Position numbers and translations under genes: made by a program
NCBI GenBank assembly: GCA_905215645.1
Contig: CAJMQS010000002.1
Span: 65,186-129,185 of the forward strand
Direction of reading: 5' to 3'
Length of the DNA stretch: 64,000 bases
DNA from: an uncultured bacterium
GTDB taxonomy: Bacteria; Bacillota; Negativicutes; Acidaminococcales; Acidaminococcaceae
The notes under the pieces: generated by a model
What the model saw: the letters and a program-made list of their open reading frames with translations, nothing else
Told to the model about the DNA's origin: nothing
Database searches by the model: none
In this document: positions 49,213 through 58,167 of the stretch, one piece after another
Numbering within the stretch: position 1 is the first letter of the stretch
Layout: each line of letters begins with the position of its first letter

Positions 49213-49490
49213 GGGGTGTTGCACGCAACGTGCAACACCCCCGGTCTCATGAGCCGCATAGCGGCTCGGTCTCGGGTCTCGAGCCGAATGAGAAATTTGC
49301 AAGCAAATTTTTTGAATGTACAAACCCTAATCTGCTAACGATAAGATATTCGTTTCTATATCCAGCACGATACTGGTTCTACACCTTCAAAAGAACCTGG
49401 CCATGGGGACAGGTTCTATCCAACGGCTCGAGACTCACGACTCGAGACCCGAGACCTCAAAAAGAGGCTGTTGCGCATGCAACAGCCCCC
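49213..49490. repeat. ~280-bp composite palindromic intergenic element (hairpin / inverted repeat / AT-rich core / inverted repeat / hairpin)
   Basis: Hairpin GGGGGTGTTGCAC-GCAAC-GTGCAACACCCCC at 49213-49242; inverted repeats GGTCTCGGGTCTCGAGCCG at 49268-49286 and 49424-49456; palindrome AAATTTGCAAGCAAATTT at 49293-49310; hairpin GAACCTG...CAGGTTC; terminal hairpin GGCTGTTGC-GCAT-GCAACAGCC at 49466-49487. Confidence 0.6.
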
Positions 49491-49492
49491 TT

Positions 49493-50413
49493 TCACGGTT
49501 CTGGCAGCACGGCGCACCAGAACAGGATGGTGAACATGCTGAGCAGGGTGGACAGGACCGTCAGCTTGGTGGCAAAAGGAGCATCACTGCCGTACCGGGC
49601 GGCAAAGATGGCCGTGGTGGCTCCTGCCGGCATCCCTGTCATCAATACAGCGATCCCGGTGGCCACCGCATCCAGCCCCAAGACGGCACTGACGCCCCAG
49701 GCCAGCGCCGGCAGCAGGAGCAGGCGCAGGATGCTGTACAGGATGCTGTCCCGGTTGAAAATGGTCCAAAGCGGCACATCTGCCAGGATGGTCCCTACGA
49801 TAAACATGGTAATGGCTGCATTGCAGCTGCCGATGTACCGGATGGTCATGTCGATGAAAGCCGGGGGACGCCACTGGGTCAGGATCAGCAAGATCCCGAT
49901 GTACACGGCAATCAGGCAGGGGTGGGTCAGGACCTTTTTCAGCACTTCCTTCCGGCTTTCCTGCCGGGCCATGAAATAGCTGGTCCCCACCGACCACATG
50001 ACCATCCGCAGCGGGATCAGGAACACAGAAGCATAAAAGAGTCCCAGATCGCCATAGACGCCCTCTGCCACTGGATACCCCAAAAATCCGCTGTTGGATA
50101 CCAGCGTTCCATACTGGAGCACTTTTTTCTGGGTATCCGGATACCGGTTGAAGAGAAAATGGTTCATGCCCATAAAGATCACCTGGAGCATGGCCCCCGC
50201 CGCCAAGATCCGTCCGCAGGTCAGGAAGATATTCCCTTCAAAAGGCATCAGACAAGATTTGAGGATGTTGCAGGGAATGATCACATTGACGCAGACGTCT
50301 GTGAGACAGCGTTTCCCCGGTTCATCCACGATATTCTTTTTCCGCAGGAAAAGCCCTGTCAGGAGCAGCAGGAGCAGGGAAAGCTGCAGATTCCCCAAGC
50401 GCAGGATATCCAT
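49493..50413 (-). CDS. AEC-family (auxin efflux carrier / malate permease-like) transporter
   Basis: 10-TM AEC topology. Start MDILRLG after AGGAGG RBS. Confidence 0.75.
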   Translation of the reverse strand: MDILRLGNLQLSLLLLLLTGLFLRKKNIVDEPGKRCLTDVCVNVIIPCNILKSCLMPFEGNIFLTCGRILAAGAMLQVIFMGMNHFLFNRYPDTQKKVLQYGTLVSNSGFLGYPVAEGVYGDLGLFYASVFLIPLRMVMWSVGTSYFMARQESRKEVLKKVLTHPCLIAVYIGILLILTQWRPPAFIDMTIRYIGSCNAAITMFIVGTILADVPLWTIFNRDSILYSILRLLLLPALAWGVSAVLGLDAVATGIAVLMTGMPAGATTAIFAARYGSDAPFATKLTVLSTLLSMFTILFWCAVLPEP

Positions 50414-50424
50414 GTCACCGCCTC

Positions 50425-51255
50425 CTAAACCAATTTTTTCATCACCCACCGGGCTGCCAGATCATAGAGCCCTGTGGGCAGAAGGGTATGGAGTGCCAAC
50501 AGCAGGTAGGCATCCTTGCCGCACAGATAGCGGGCCTGGGGCTGGGCTGCATTCACCGTCAGGAAGATGGTCTTGGCCACATCTGCCGGACTGGTAAGCC
50601 ATTTTTTGTCATAGAGCCGGTGGATCCCCCGGGCAGCCTGTTCCGCCAGTCTGGCATAGGGTCCCCGCCGGGCAGAAGCCGCCAGATGATCCGCTGCGAT
50701 ATGGCCCCAGGGTGTCCGGACCAGACCCGGTTCCACGATGCTCACCCAGATGCCTTGGCCGGCCGTTTCCATCCGCAGGGCGTCGCTCAAGGCTTCCAGC
50801 GCATATTTGCTGGCATGGTACCAGCCTCCGAAAGGTCCGGTCAGCCTGCCTGCAATGGAAGAGATCATGATCACCCGGCCCCGGTGCTGCCTGCGGAAAA
50901 GAGGAAGCACCATCTGGGTCAGCCGGATGGCTCCAAATACATTCACATCCAGCTGCCGCTGGGCTTCTGTAAGAGGGACATCTTCCACCGCTCCATAGGA
51001 TCCGTACCCCGCATTGTTAATCAGGATATCCAGTGTCCCCTGCTGGTTCAGGATCTGCTGCAGGGCATTCTGACAGGAATATTCCTTGGTTACATCCAAC
51101 ACGAGAGGAATCACTCCATATTTAGATAACTCCTGGAGCTTTTCCAGCCGACGGGCAGCTCCATAGACTACGTGGCCGGTTTTGGCCAGAAGGATGGCCG
51201 TCTCCCGGCCGATTCCGCTGCTGGCTCCCGTTACCAGCACCACTTGCTGTTCCAT
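50425..51255 (-). CDS. short-chain dehydrogenase/reductase (SDR)
   Basis: TGASSGIG cofactor motif and YxxxK catalytic motif. Confidence 0.85.
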   Translation of the reverse strand: MEQQVVLVTGASSGIGRETAILLAKTGHVVYGAARRLEKLQELSKYGVIPLVLDVTKEYSCQNALQQILNQQGTLDILINNAGYGSYGAVEDVPLTEAQRQLDVNVFGAIRLTQMVLPLFRRQHRGRVIMISSIAGRLTGPFGGWYHASKYALEALSDALRMETAGQGIWVSIVEPGLVRTPWGHIAADHLAASARRGPYARLAEQAARGIHRLYDKKWLTSPADVAKTIFLTVNAAQPQARYLCGKDAYLLLALHTLLPTGLYDLAARWVMKKLV

Positions 51256-51268
51256 ACCGTCCCCTCCT

Positions 51269-51844
51269 CTACTTTTCTTTCCGTACTTCCGGATACGGCC
51301 GGATGGCCGGCTGATCCTTTCCGTGAGGGGCCAGGTTCTTTCCCATCCAGATCATATGGTACCAGCGATTGAACTTATACCCACAGTTCTTGAAGATGCC
51401 CACCGGTTCAAATCCCAAATGGGCGTGGAACTGAGCGCTGTTGAAATCCAGGTATTCGTCCGGCTGTTCCGGGTAGCCGATACAGGCATACACATCCAAG
51501 ATGCCCATTGTCCGGAGCGCTTCCAGCAGTGCATGATAAAGCTGTTTCCCCACACCCTTTTTCCGCAGGGTACGGTCCACATAGATGCTCAGTTCTGCCG
51601 ACCAGTCATACGCCGGCCGCCCCACAAAAGGTCCTGCATACGCATAGCCAAGGACGCGGCCATCCTGTAACGCCACAAAATAAGGATAGCGTTCCTTCGT
51701 ATGGGAAATGCGCCGACAAAATTCTTCTACACTGGGAACCTGGTATTCAAAGGTAATCACCGTGGATTCCACATAGGGCGCATAGATGGCGCGGATGGCA
51801 GCCGCATCGCTGCAGACAGCTTCCCGGATGATCATATCTTGCAT
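51269..51844 (-). CDS. GNAT-family N-acetyltransferase
   Basis: Acetyl-CoA binding motif (LRKKGVGKQL). 191 aa. Confidence 0.8.
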   Translation of the reverse strand: MQDMIIREAVCSDAAAIRAIYAPYVESTVITFEYQVPSVEEFCRRISHTKERYPYFVALQDGRVLGYAYAGPFVGRPAYDWSAELSIYVDRTLRKKGVGKQLYHALLEALRTMGILDVYACIGYPEQPDEYLDFNSAQFHAHLGFEPVGIFKNCGYKFNRWYHMIWMGKNLAPHGKDQPAIRPYPEVRKEK

Positions 51845-52035
51845 GGGTATCCCCCCCTGTTTCTATCGTTGATGGTTTTATTATAGGACATTTCCCGGAC
51901 AGGGCGCAAATTTTTCCCATTCTAGGGCCCATTCTTGACGCAATCTCCCTCTTTGGACTGGCTTTCTTTCAAAAAATAAGTTATGATGGAAGAAAGGATA
52001 CAGAAAGTTCAGGTTTCTAAGGGGAGGTCTTTGCA

Positions 52036-52866
52036 TTGATCAGTCATATCGCTGCCATTTCATTCAGTCCCACCGGCCAGACCGAAAAACTGGTCCGTTC
52101 TTTCAGCCAACAGTTGGCCCAACGCTTCGAGCAAGAAGGCGTGACCCAGTCTTTCCATTCTTTCACGCTGCCCCAGGACCAGGATGCCCTGCAGTTTTTC
52201 GGGCCCAACACCCTGGTGATTTTTGGTATGCCCACCTATGCAGGACGTATTCCCAACAAGGCCCTGCCTTTCGTACAGAAGCTGTTTTCCGGGGATTCCA
52301 AGGAGCGGACCCCGGCCGTAGCGCTGGTCACTTTTGGCAACCGGAATTATGACAGCTCTCTCACTGAACTCCGGGATGAACTGGAAAAAAAGGACTTCCG
52401 GGTGTTTGCCGCCGGTGCCTTTGCCGCGCCCCATGCCTTTGCCGCCATCGGGAAGGAACATCCCACCCAAGCGGATAAAGAAAAATTCCAGCAGCTGCTG
52501 GACCGGGTGGAAGAACGGCTCCGGAGCGGAGAGCCTCTGGAAAGAGTGAGTATCAACGGGGATGCTCCCGTGGCTCCCTACTACATCCCCCTGGGGGAAG
52601 ACGGGCAGCCTGCCAAGTTCCTGAAAGCCAAGCCTCAAACGGACCTGGACAAATGCGACCATTGCGGAAAATGCGCCGCCGTATGTCCTATGGGGTCCAT
52701 CGATCCGAAAAATACCGATGAAGTCCCCGGCATCTGCATCAAATGCCAGGCCTGCATCAAATATTGCCCCAAAGGAGCCAAGTATTTCGATGATCCCCGT
52801 TTCCTGTCCCACAAAGCCATGTTGGAAAAGAATTACCAGCGGACGGCAGAATCAGAGATATTTTAA
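52036..52866 (+). CDS. flavodoxin-like protein with C-terminal 2x[4Fe-4S] ferredoxin domain
   Basis: N-terminal flavodoxin-like fold plus CDHCGKCAAVCP / CIKCQACIKYCP clusters. Confidence 0.75.
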   Translation: MISHIAAISFSPTGQTEKLVRSFSQQLAQRFEQEGVTQSFHSFTLPQDQDALQFFGPNTLVIFGMPTYAGRIPNKALPFVQKLFSGDSKERTPAVALVTFGNRNYDSSLTELRDELEKKDFRVFAAGAFAAPHAFAAIGKEHPTQADKEKFQQLLDRVEERLRSGEPLERVSINGDAPVAPYYIPLGEDGQPAKFLKAKPQTDLDKCDHCGKCAAVCPMGSIDPKNTDEVPGICIKCQACIKYCPKGAKYFDDPRFLSHKAMLEKNYQRTAESEIF

Positions 52867-52868
52867 AA

Positions 52869-52907
52869 GGAAGTGGCTGTTGCACAAAACGCGCAACAGC
52901 CACTTCC
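52869..52907. terminator. bidirectional terminator hairpin (CTGTTGCAC...GCAACAG family)
   Basis: GGAAGTGGCTGTTGCAC-AAAACGC-GCAACAGCCACTTCC perfect 16-bp stem. Sits between convergent genes. Confidence 0.75.
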
Positions 52908-53438
52908 TTACTTCATCCAATACACCCGATGTTCCTTCCGCAGGGGAGCGATGGGGATATCTCCTTCCACATATCCCACCACGCAGTGGCCAATGCCTTC
53001 GTACTCGCCAGTGACACCCAGAGTCTTCAGCAGAGCCTTGCCTTCCGGCCGTTCGAATTCTTCCTTGGCCCGGTGGATCCAGCAGCTGCCCAGCCCCAGG
53101 GAATGGGCTGCCAGCATCAGGTTCCCCATGACCAAAGAACCATCGTACACCGCTGTAGGTCTGGTCTTATCTGCCAGGACGATGAGCACCGCCGGTGCTC
53201 CATAGAAAGGATCGAAATCCGGATCCCAGCCTCCGATTTCACAGTTCAGCTTGCTCAGCCGCTTCACCATGGCCGGATTGGTGATGGCCAAGATGATGGT
53301 ATCCTGAGTGCCTTTTCCGCTGGGGGCATAGAGCCCAGCCTTGATGATTTCCTTCAGGTCCGCTTCCGGCACCGGATCCGGTTTGAAGCTGCGGATGCTC
53401 CGGCGCAGCTGCATGGCTTCCAGTACTTCATTGTTCAT
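52908..53438 (-). CDS. nitroreductase-family protein
   Basis: MNNEVLEAMQLRRSIRSF N-terminus typical of the NfsB/NfnB family. Start after GGAGAGG RBS. The ORF-track extension to 53711 lacks an RBS. Confidence 0.8.
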   Translation of the reverse strand: MNNEVLEAMQLRRSIRSFKPDPVPEADLKEIIKAGLYAPSGKGTQDTIILAITNPAMVKRLSKLNCEIGGWDPDFDPFYGAPAVLIVLADKTRPTAVYDGSLVMGNLMLAAHSLGLGSCWIHRAKEEFERPEGKALLKTLGVTGEYEGIGHCVVGYVEGDIPIAPLRKEHRVYWMK

Positions 53439-53616
53439 GATATCCTCTCCTTTACTGATCTGTTCTGCTGTCATGATACCATACCTATTGTTCCTTGGCG
53501 CCTTTCTTCCCGAAAAGTTCAAAACTTTTTCCTTTGACAATCTTCTCTGAATGTGACATGCTAAGAAGATAGGATAGGGAACAAACAGATGTTGATCTGA
53601 AAAGGAGGCAATTTTT

Positions 53617-54528
53617 ATGGCATTGTTAGCAAAAATCCGTGCGGCTGGTCTCTCCCTGCTGCTGGTCCTGTCCGCCGGTTCTCTGGTCCAGGCGGCTGCC
53701 CCGGTGGACAAAGCCGTGGTGAAGGATATGGTCCGCTCTCAGAGCATCATGGCCAAAGAAAAATATGTCCAATATGAGATGAAGGGCACCCTGTTCAGCC
53801 CCATCGGGGTAGGGAACCTGATCCTCACCGGAAATGCGGTGGAAGAAACGGACAAAAAATCCACCCGGATGGAAAAACTCAGCGGCGATCTCCATGGGTC
53901 CGGAGAACTGACTCTGCTCACCGGCCAGCAGACCATGAGCCAGCCCATCGATGCTTATTTCTTTGCAGAAAAGGGCCAGCTGACCCAGTACGTCAACAGC
54001 GGCAAAGGCTGGGCCAAGGCAGTCCGTCCCTACACCCTGCCTCTGCTGCCCAACCCGGACAGCAAAAAAGCTGAAAAGGAACTGCTGACGTACCTGTCTT
54101 CCGCTAAGGTGGCCAAGGACACCAGCCGGGAAAAGACCCTGGAAATCACCCTGGATGGCCAGAAGCTGGCCAACAAAATGGCCCAGGATCCGGAATTCAA
54201 AAAGCAGAAGGATGCCGAACGGATCCAAGCCCTGGTGGCCCAGGTGAAGGACGTCCCCTACACGGTGGTATTGGATAAAAAGACCTACCGGGTGAAACGA
54301 CTGGGCATGGATCTGACTCCAGTGCTCCAGACCACCGGCGGCTACTTCCTGGATGCTGCTGCCAAGGCCAAGAAGATCACGCCGGAACAGCAGCAGATGT
54401 TCACCAGTCTGCTGGGCAGTTCCACCCTGGTGTTCGCCTTCCAGTTCGACTACCAGCAAGGCAAAGAAGTGACCCTGCCGGCGGCGGTGGAAAAGGCAGC
54501 AGCTGACAGTCAGAAGTCGGAAGCCTGA
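53617..54528 (+). CDS. exported hypothetical protein (signal peptide, Lys-rich)
   Basis: GGAGG RBS. Cleavable signal LVQAAAP. No family recognised. Confidence 0.5.
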   Translation: MALLAKIRAAGLSLLLVLSAGSLVQAAAPVDKAVVKDMVRSQSIMAKEKYVQYEMKGTLFSPIGVGNLILTGNAVEETDKKSTRMEKLSGDLHGSGELTLLTGQQTMSQPIDAYFFAEKGQLTQYVNSGKGWAKAVRPYTLPLLPNPDSKKAEKELLTYLSSAKVAKDTSREKTLEITLDGQKLANKMAQDPEFKKQKDAERIQALVAQVKDVPYTVVLDKKTYRVKRLGMDLTPVLQTTGGYFLDAAAKAKKITPEQQQMFTSLLGSSTLVFAFQFDYQQGKEVTLPAAVEKAAADSQKSEA

Positions 54529-54592
54529 AGTCGGGAGCCTTAAGATAGGGGCTGTGAAAAAATGAGAAATCATTTTTTCACAGCCCCTTCTT

Positions 54593-55105
54593 TCATCCCA
54601 CCAGTACCCCCAGCTTTTCCAGGGCCTTGTGGATGGCTTCCATCTCTTCTTCTGTTTCGGTTTCCACCAGATGGGTGTGGACCCCATTGGACATGCTGGA
54701 CAAAAGAGGCGCCTTCGTCTTCTTCATCCGCTGGATATAGAGCTGCACATCCCGCCGGGATTTCAGATTCAGTTCTCCCTCCATGAAACCATATACCTCA
54801 TGTTCCACCACCACATTGTGGACAATCCCCCCGTTGTCCACAATGGCATCGAGCTCCGCCTCCACCAGCTCTGGACCATGTTTGCACAGGAAAGATTCCT
54901 GACATCCGTGTTTATGGAAAGCGTGGAGCTGGTAGCCCCGGGGTGTGGATATGACCGGCGTCCCGCTGGCCCGCAGCAGTGCGATATCTCCTACGATGAT
55001 CTGTCGGCTGACCTGACAGACCCTGGCCATCTCCGTTCCCGTAACCGGTTTGGACGCTTGCTGCAGCATTTTTAGGATCGTATCTCTGCGTTCTTTGTTT
55101 TCCAT
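54593..55105 (-). CDS. niaR: niacin-responsive transcriptional repressor NiaR (HTH plus 3H domain)
   Basis: N-terminal HTH (RRDTILKMLQQASKPVTGTEMA) plus 3H domain with conserved His pattern. Start after GGGGG RBS. Confidence 0.7.
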   Translation of the reverse strand: MENKERRDTILKMLQQASKPVTGTEMARVCQVSRQIIVGDIALLRASGTPVISTPRGYQLHAFHKHGCQESFLCKHGPELVEAELDAIVDNGGIVHNVVVEHEVYGFMEGELNLKSRRDVQLYIQRMKKTKAPLLSSMSNGVHTHLVETETEEEMEAIHKALEKLGVLVG

Positions 55106-55157
55106 ATGCAACCCCCCTGACGTATACATCTTCCGTTGACTGCTATCCATTATAAAT

Positions 55158-55175
55158 GAATTTTTCTAAAAATTC
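55158..55175. promoter_or_regulatory. 18-bp perfect palindrome GAATTTTTCTAAAAATTC in the niaR/MATE divergent region (candidate operator)
   Basis: Perfect dyad seen directly in the sequence. Position is consistent with an autoregulatory or shared operator. Confidence 0.35.
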
Positions 55176-55281
55176 CACATTTCCCGACTTTTTCTTTCTC
55201 TCTTGTAATGACCATGCCCCTATGTTAGCATAAAGAAATAAAAAATCCTATGGCAAATTCACAGGGAGGTACTGTTTTGTG

Positions 55282-56613
55282 ATGCAGGAATATAAAAGCA
55301 GATGGTCGGTTTTCGCCATGTCTCTTCCAATCTTTATCGAAATCGGTCTCCAGATGATGGTCCCCAACATGGACCAGTTCATGCTCAGCCATTATTCCCA
55401 AGATGCGGTGGCAGCTGTGGGAAACGACAATATGATCGTGAATATGATCATCCTGACCCTGTCCGTCCTTTCCCAGGCGGCCACCATCCTGATTGCCCAT
55501 TACCGAGGTGCGGGAGATATGGGAAAAGCCAGCCAGGTCTGTTCTGTTTCCCTGGGCCTGAATCTTGGCCTGGGAGCCTTGATCAGCCTGGTACTGTTCT
55601 GTTTTCCTGGCCTCTTCCTAGGGATCTTAGGTGTCCCGGGAGAGATTTGGACTGAGGCCCAGCTGTACTTGCGCTGGATTGGGCTTTTTGTCATCGTGCA
55701 AAGCGCGTATATGGCTTTCATCGCCTTTCTCCGCGGCTTCGGCCTGCTCCGGGAAACCATGCTCTGCTCCACCATCATGAACCTGCTGAACATCGGGGGA
55801 AACATGATCCTGATCCACGGCCTGGGGCCCATCCCCTCCCTGGGAGTGGCCGGAGTATGCATTTCCACCAATACAGCTAAGACCCTGGGACTGCTGCTGG
55901 TGGTACACATTCTCCACAAAAAGACCCCCCTGCGACTTTCTTTCGCCCATCTCCGCCCGTTTCCCCGCAAGACCCTGGGCAAACTGCTGTACCTGGGCAT
56001 CCCTTCCGCCGGGGAAACCTTTTCCTACCAGCTGTCCCAGACCACCATCATGACCTTCGTGAACCTGTTCGGCATTGCCGTGATCACCACCAAAGTCTAC
56101 GCCTATATCATCGCCATGATCAGCTACCTCTATTCCCAGGCCCTGGCCATGGCCACCCAGATCCTGGTCAGCTATTTCAAAGGAGCGGACAATAACGGAG
56201 AGGTGGACAAACGGGTCAAATTCACCATCCTGATTTCCATGCTCCTTTCCGGCAGCCTGGCCGTCCTGGTCTACACCCACAGCGATGCTGTCTTCTCTCT
56301 CTTTACGGAGGATCCGGAAGTCCATGCCCTGGGCAAGATGATCCTTTTCGTAGATATCTTCCTGGAAATCGGCCGGGCTGTGAATATGTGCATGGTCATG
56401 GCCCTGAATGCAGCTGGAGATGTGAAAGCGCCCATTACTATCGGGATCATTTTCATGTGGTGCGTTTCGGTCCTGGGCAGCTGGTATTTCGGCGTCCATC
56501 TGCTTTGGGGCCTAGTGGGCATCTGGATTGCCATGGCTATGGATGAATGCGGCCGCGGTCTGGTGTTCTTCTGGCGCTGGCATCAGGGAATCTGGCGGAA
56601 AGCCCTGATTTGA
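55282..56613 (+). CDS. MATE-family efflux transporter
   Basis: 444 aa, 12 TM, MATE repeats. Divergent from niaR. Confidence 0.8.
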   Translation: MQEYKSRWSVFAMSLPIFIEIGLQMMVPNMDQFMLSHYSQDAVAAVGNDNMIVNMIILTLSVLSQAATILIAHYRGAGDMGKASQVCSVSLGLNLGLGALISLVLFCFPGLFLGILGVPGEIWTEAQLYLRWIGLFVIVQSAYMAFIAFLRGFGLLRETMLCSTIMNLLNIGGNMILIHGLGPIPSLGVAGVCISTNTAKTLGLLLVVHILHKKTPLRLSFAHLRPFPRKTLGKLLYLGIPSAGETFSYQLSQTTIMTFVNLFGIAVITTKVYAYIIAMISYLYSQALAMATQILVSYFKGADNNGEVDKRVKFTILISMLLSGSLAVLVYTHSDAVFSLFTEDPEVHALGKMILFVDIFLEIGRAVNMCMVMALNAAGDVKAPITIGIIFMWCVSVLGSWYFGVHLLWGLVGIWIAMAMDECGRGLVFFWRWHQGIWRKALI

Positions 56614-56650
56614 TCCTGCCCCATCTCCTGCTGCGCCTTATCCCATACAG

Positions 56651-56682
56651 AAAACCCCGGACAGTCCATGTCCGGGGTTTCT
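56651..56682. terminator. bidirectional terminator
   Basis: CCCCGGACA-GTCCA-TGTCCGGGG with flanking A and T runs. Sits between MATE and gdh. Confidence 0.75.
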
Positions 56683-56722
56683 GCTGTGCCGTCTGGGCAC
56701 AGGTTCCGTTTGTAGGGTTCTA

Positions 56723-57961
56723 TTAGATAATGCCTCTCAGTTTCAGGGGTTCTGCCAGCGCATTCAGAGCTACGATGTAAGCACCTACCCGCATGGTGGT
56801 GTTGTATTTCTTGGCTGCATCATACACATTCGCGAAGGCCTTGACCATCATTTGTTCCTGTCTGTCGATGACTTCTTCTTCCGTCCAGAAGTATCTGTAC
56901 AGGTTCTGTACCCATTCAAAGTAGGATACGGTTACGCCGCCGCCGTTGGCCAGCACATCGGGAACCACAGGGATGCCTCTCTTTTCCAGGATGGCATCTG
57001 CATCTGCGTCCGTCGGACCGTTGGCTGCTTCCACGATCATCTTTGCTTTGATCTTGTCAGCGTTCTTGCCAGTGATCTGCAGTTCCAGAGCAGCAGGGAT
57101 CAGCACGGTGACATCCTGTTCCAGCACTTCTTCGTTGCTGATGGCTTTTGCGCCAGGATAGCCTTTGATCACGCCGCCGTTGTTCTGGGCATATTCTTCC
57201 ACTTTATACGGATCGAAGCCATTGGGATCATAGATACCGCCGCTGATATCGCTCAGGGCTACAATCTTCAGGCCTTTGTCAGCCGCACATTTGGCGGTCC
57301 AGGAACCTACGTTGCCGAAGCCTTGGATAGCCAGGGTAGCATCTTCCGGTTTGATGCCTTCTCTCTTCAGCAGTTCCAGAGCAGCCGTTACGACGCCCCG
57401 GCCCGTTGCAGAAGTCCGTCCCAGAGACCCGCCCATGCTGACGGCTTTTCCGGTGATGAAACCAGGAGTATACTGGCAGTTGATCTTGGAGAATTCGTCC
57501 AGCATCCAAGCCATGATCTGGGCATTGGTGTTCACGTCCGGAGCAGGGATGTCTTTCTTTTCCCCAATGATCGGAGCAATCCGGTCAATGTAACCACGAG
57601 TGATTCTTTCCAGTTCACCCTTGGAGACTTTCCGAGGATCTACGATGATGCCGCCCTTGCCGCCGCCGTAAGGCAGTCCAGCGATGGCGCATTTCGTGGT
57701 CATCCAGAAACCCAGGGTCTTTACTTCGTCCATGGAAACGTTCTGATGATACCGCACGCCGCCCTTCACAGGCCCCAGTACCGTGCTGTTCTGGGAACGG
57801 TAGCCGGTGAATACTTCTACATGGCCGTCATCCATCTTTACAGGGATGCTGACTTCCAGAGTACGTTCAGGTTGGGAGATAACAGCCTCAGCGTTGGGAT
57901 CCAGATTAATCAGTTTGCTTGCTTTTTCCATAGGGATTTTTGCCATTTCAAACAGACTCAT
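56723..57961 (-). CDS. gdhA: glutamate dehydrogenase (Glu/Leu/Phe/Val dehydrogenase family)
   Basis: GGGKGG catalytic-lysine region and Rossmann GFGNVG motif. 412 aa. Confidence 0.9.
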   Translation of the reverse strand: MSLFEMAKIPMEKASKLINLDPNAEAVISQPERTLEVSIPVKMDDGHVEVFTGYRSQNSTVLGPVKGGVRYHQNVSMDEVKTLGFWMTTKCAIAGLPYGGGKGGIIVDPRKVSKGELERITRGYIDRIAPIIGEKKDIPAPDVNTNAQIMAWMLDEFSKINCQYTPGFITGKAVSMGGSLGRTSATGRGVVTAALELLKREGIKPEDATLAIQGFGNVGSWTAKCAADKGLKIVALSDISGGIYDPNGFDPYKVEEYAQNNGGVIKGYPGAKAISNEEVLEQDVTVLIPAALELQITGKNADKIKAKMIVEAANGPTDADADAILEKRGIPVVPDVLANGGGVTVSYFEWVQNLYRYFWTEEEVIDRQEQMMVKAFANVYDAAKKYNTTMRVGAYIVALNALAEPLKLRGII

Positions 57962-58167
57962 TTGTAACGCCTCCTAAAATTGTATCTATTGAACCCTTAC
58001 AAAACCCTTACGATTGCATTATAGCACGATTCAGAAATAACTGTTTATTTTTTTGTATTTTGTATACAATTAATCAAGTGCGGCTTTCCTTGCATTTTTT
58101 GTGGAATTTCGTTATGATTGGAACAAACAGCAGTTTGATTTTCTTTCCAAAGGAGGTATTTTCCTGT

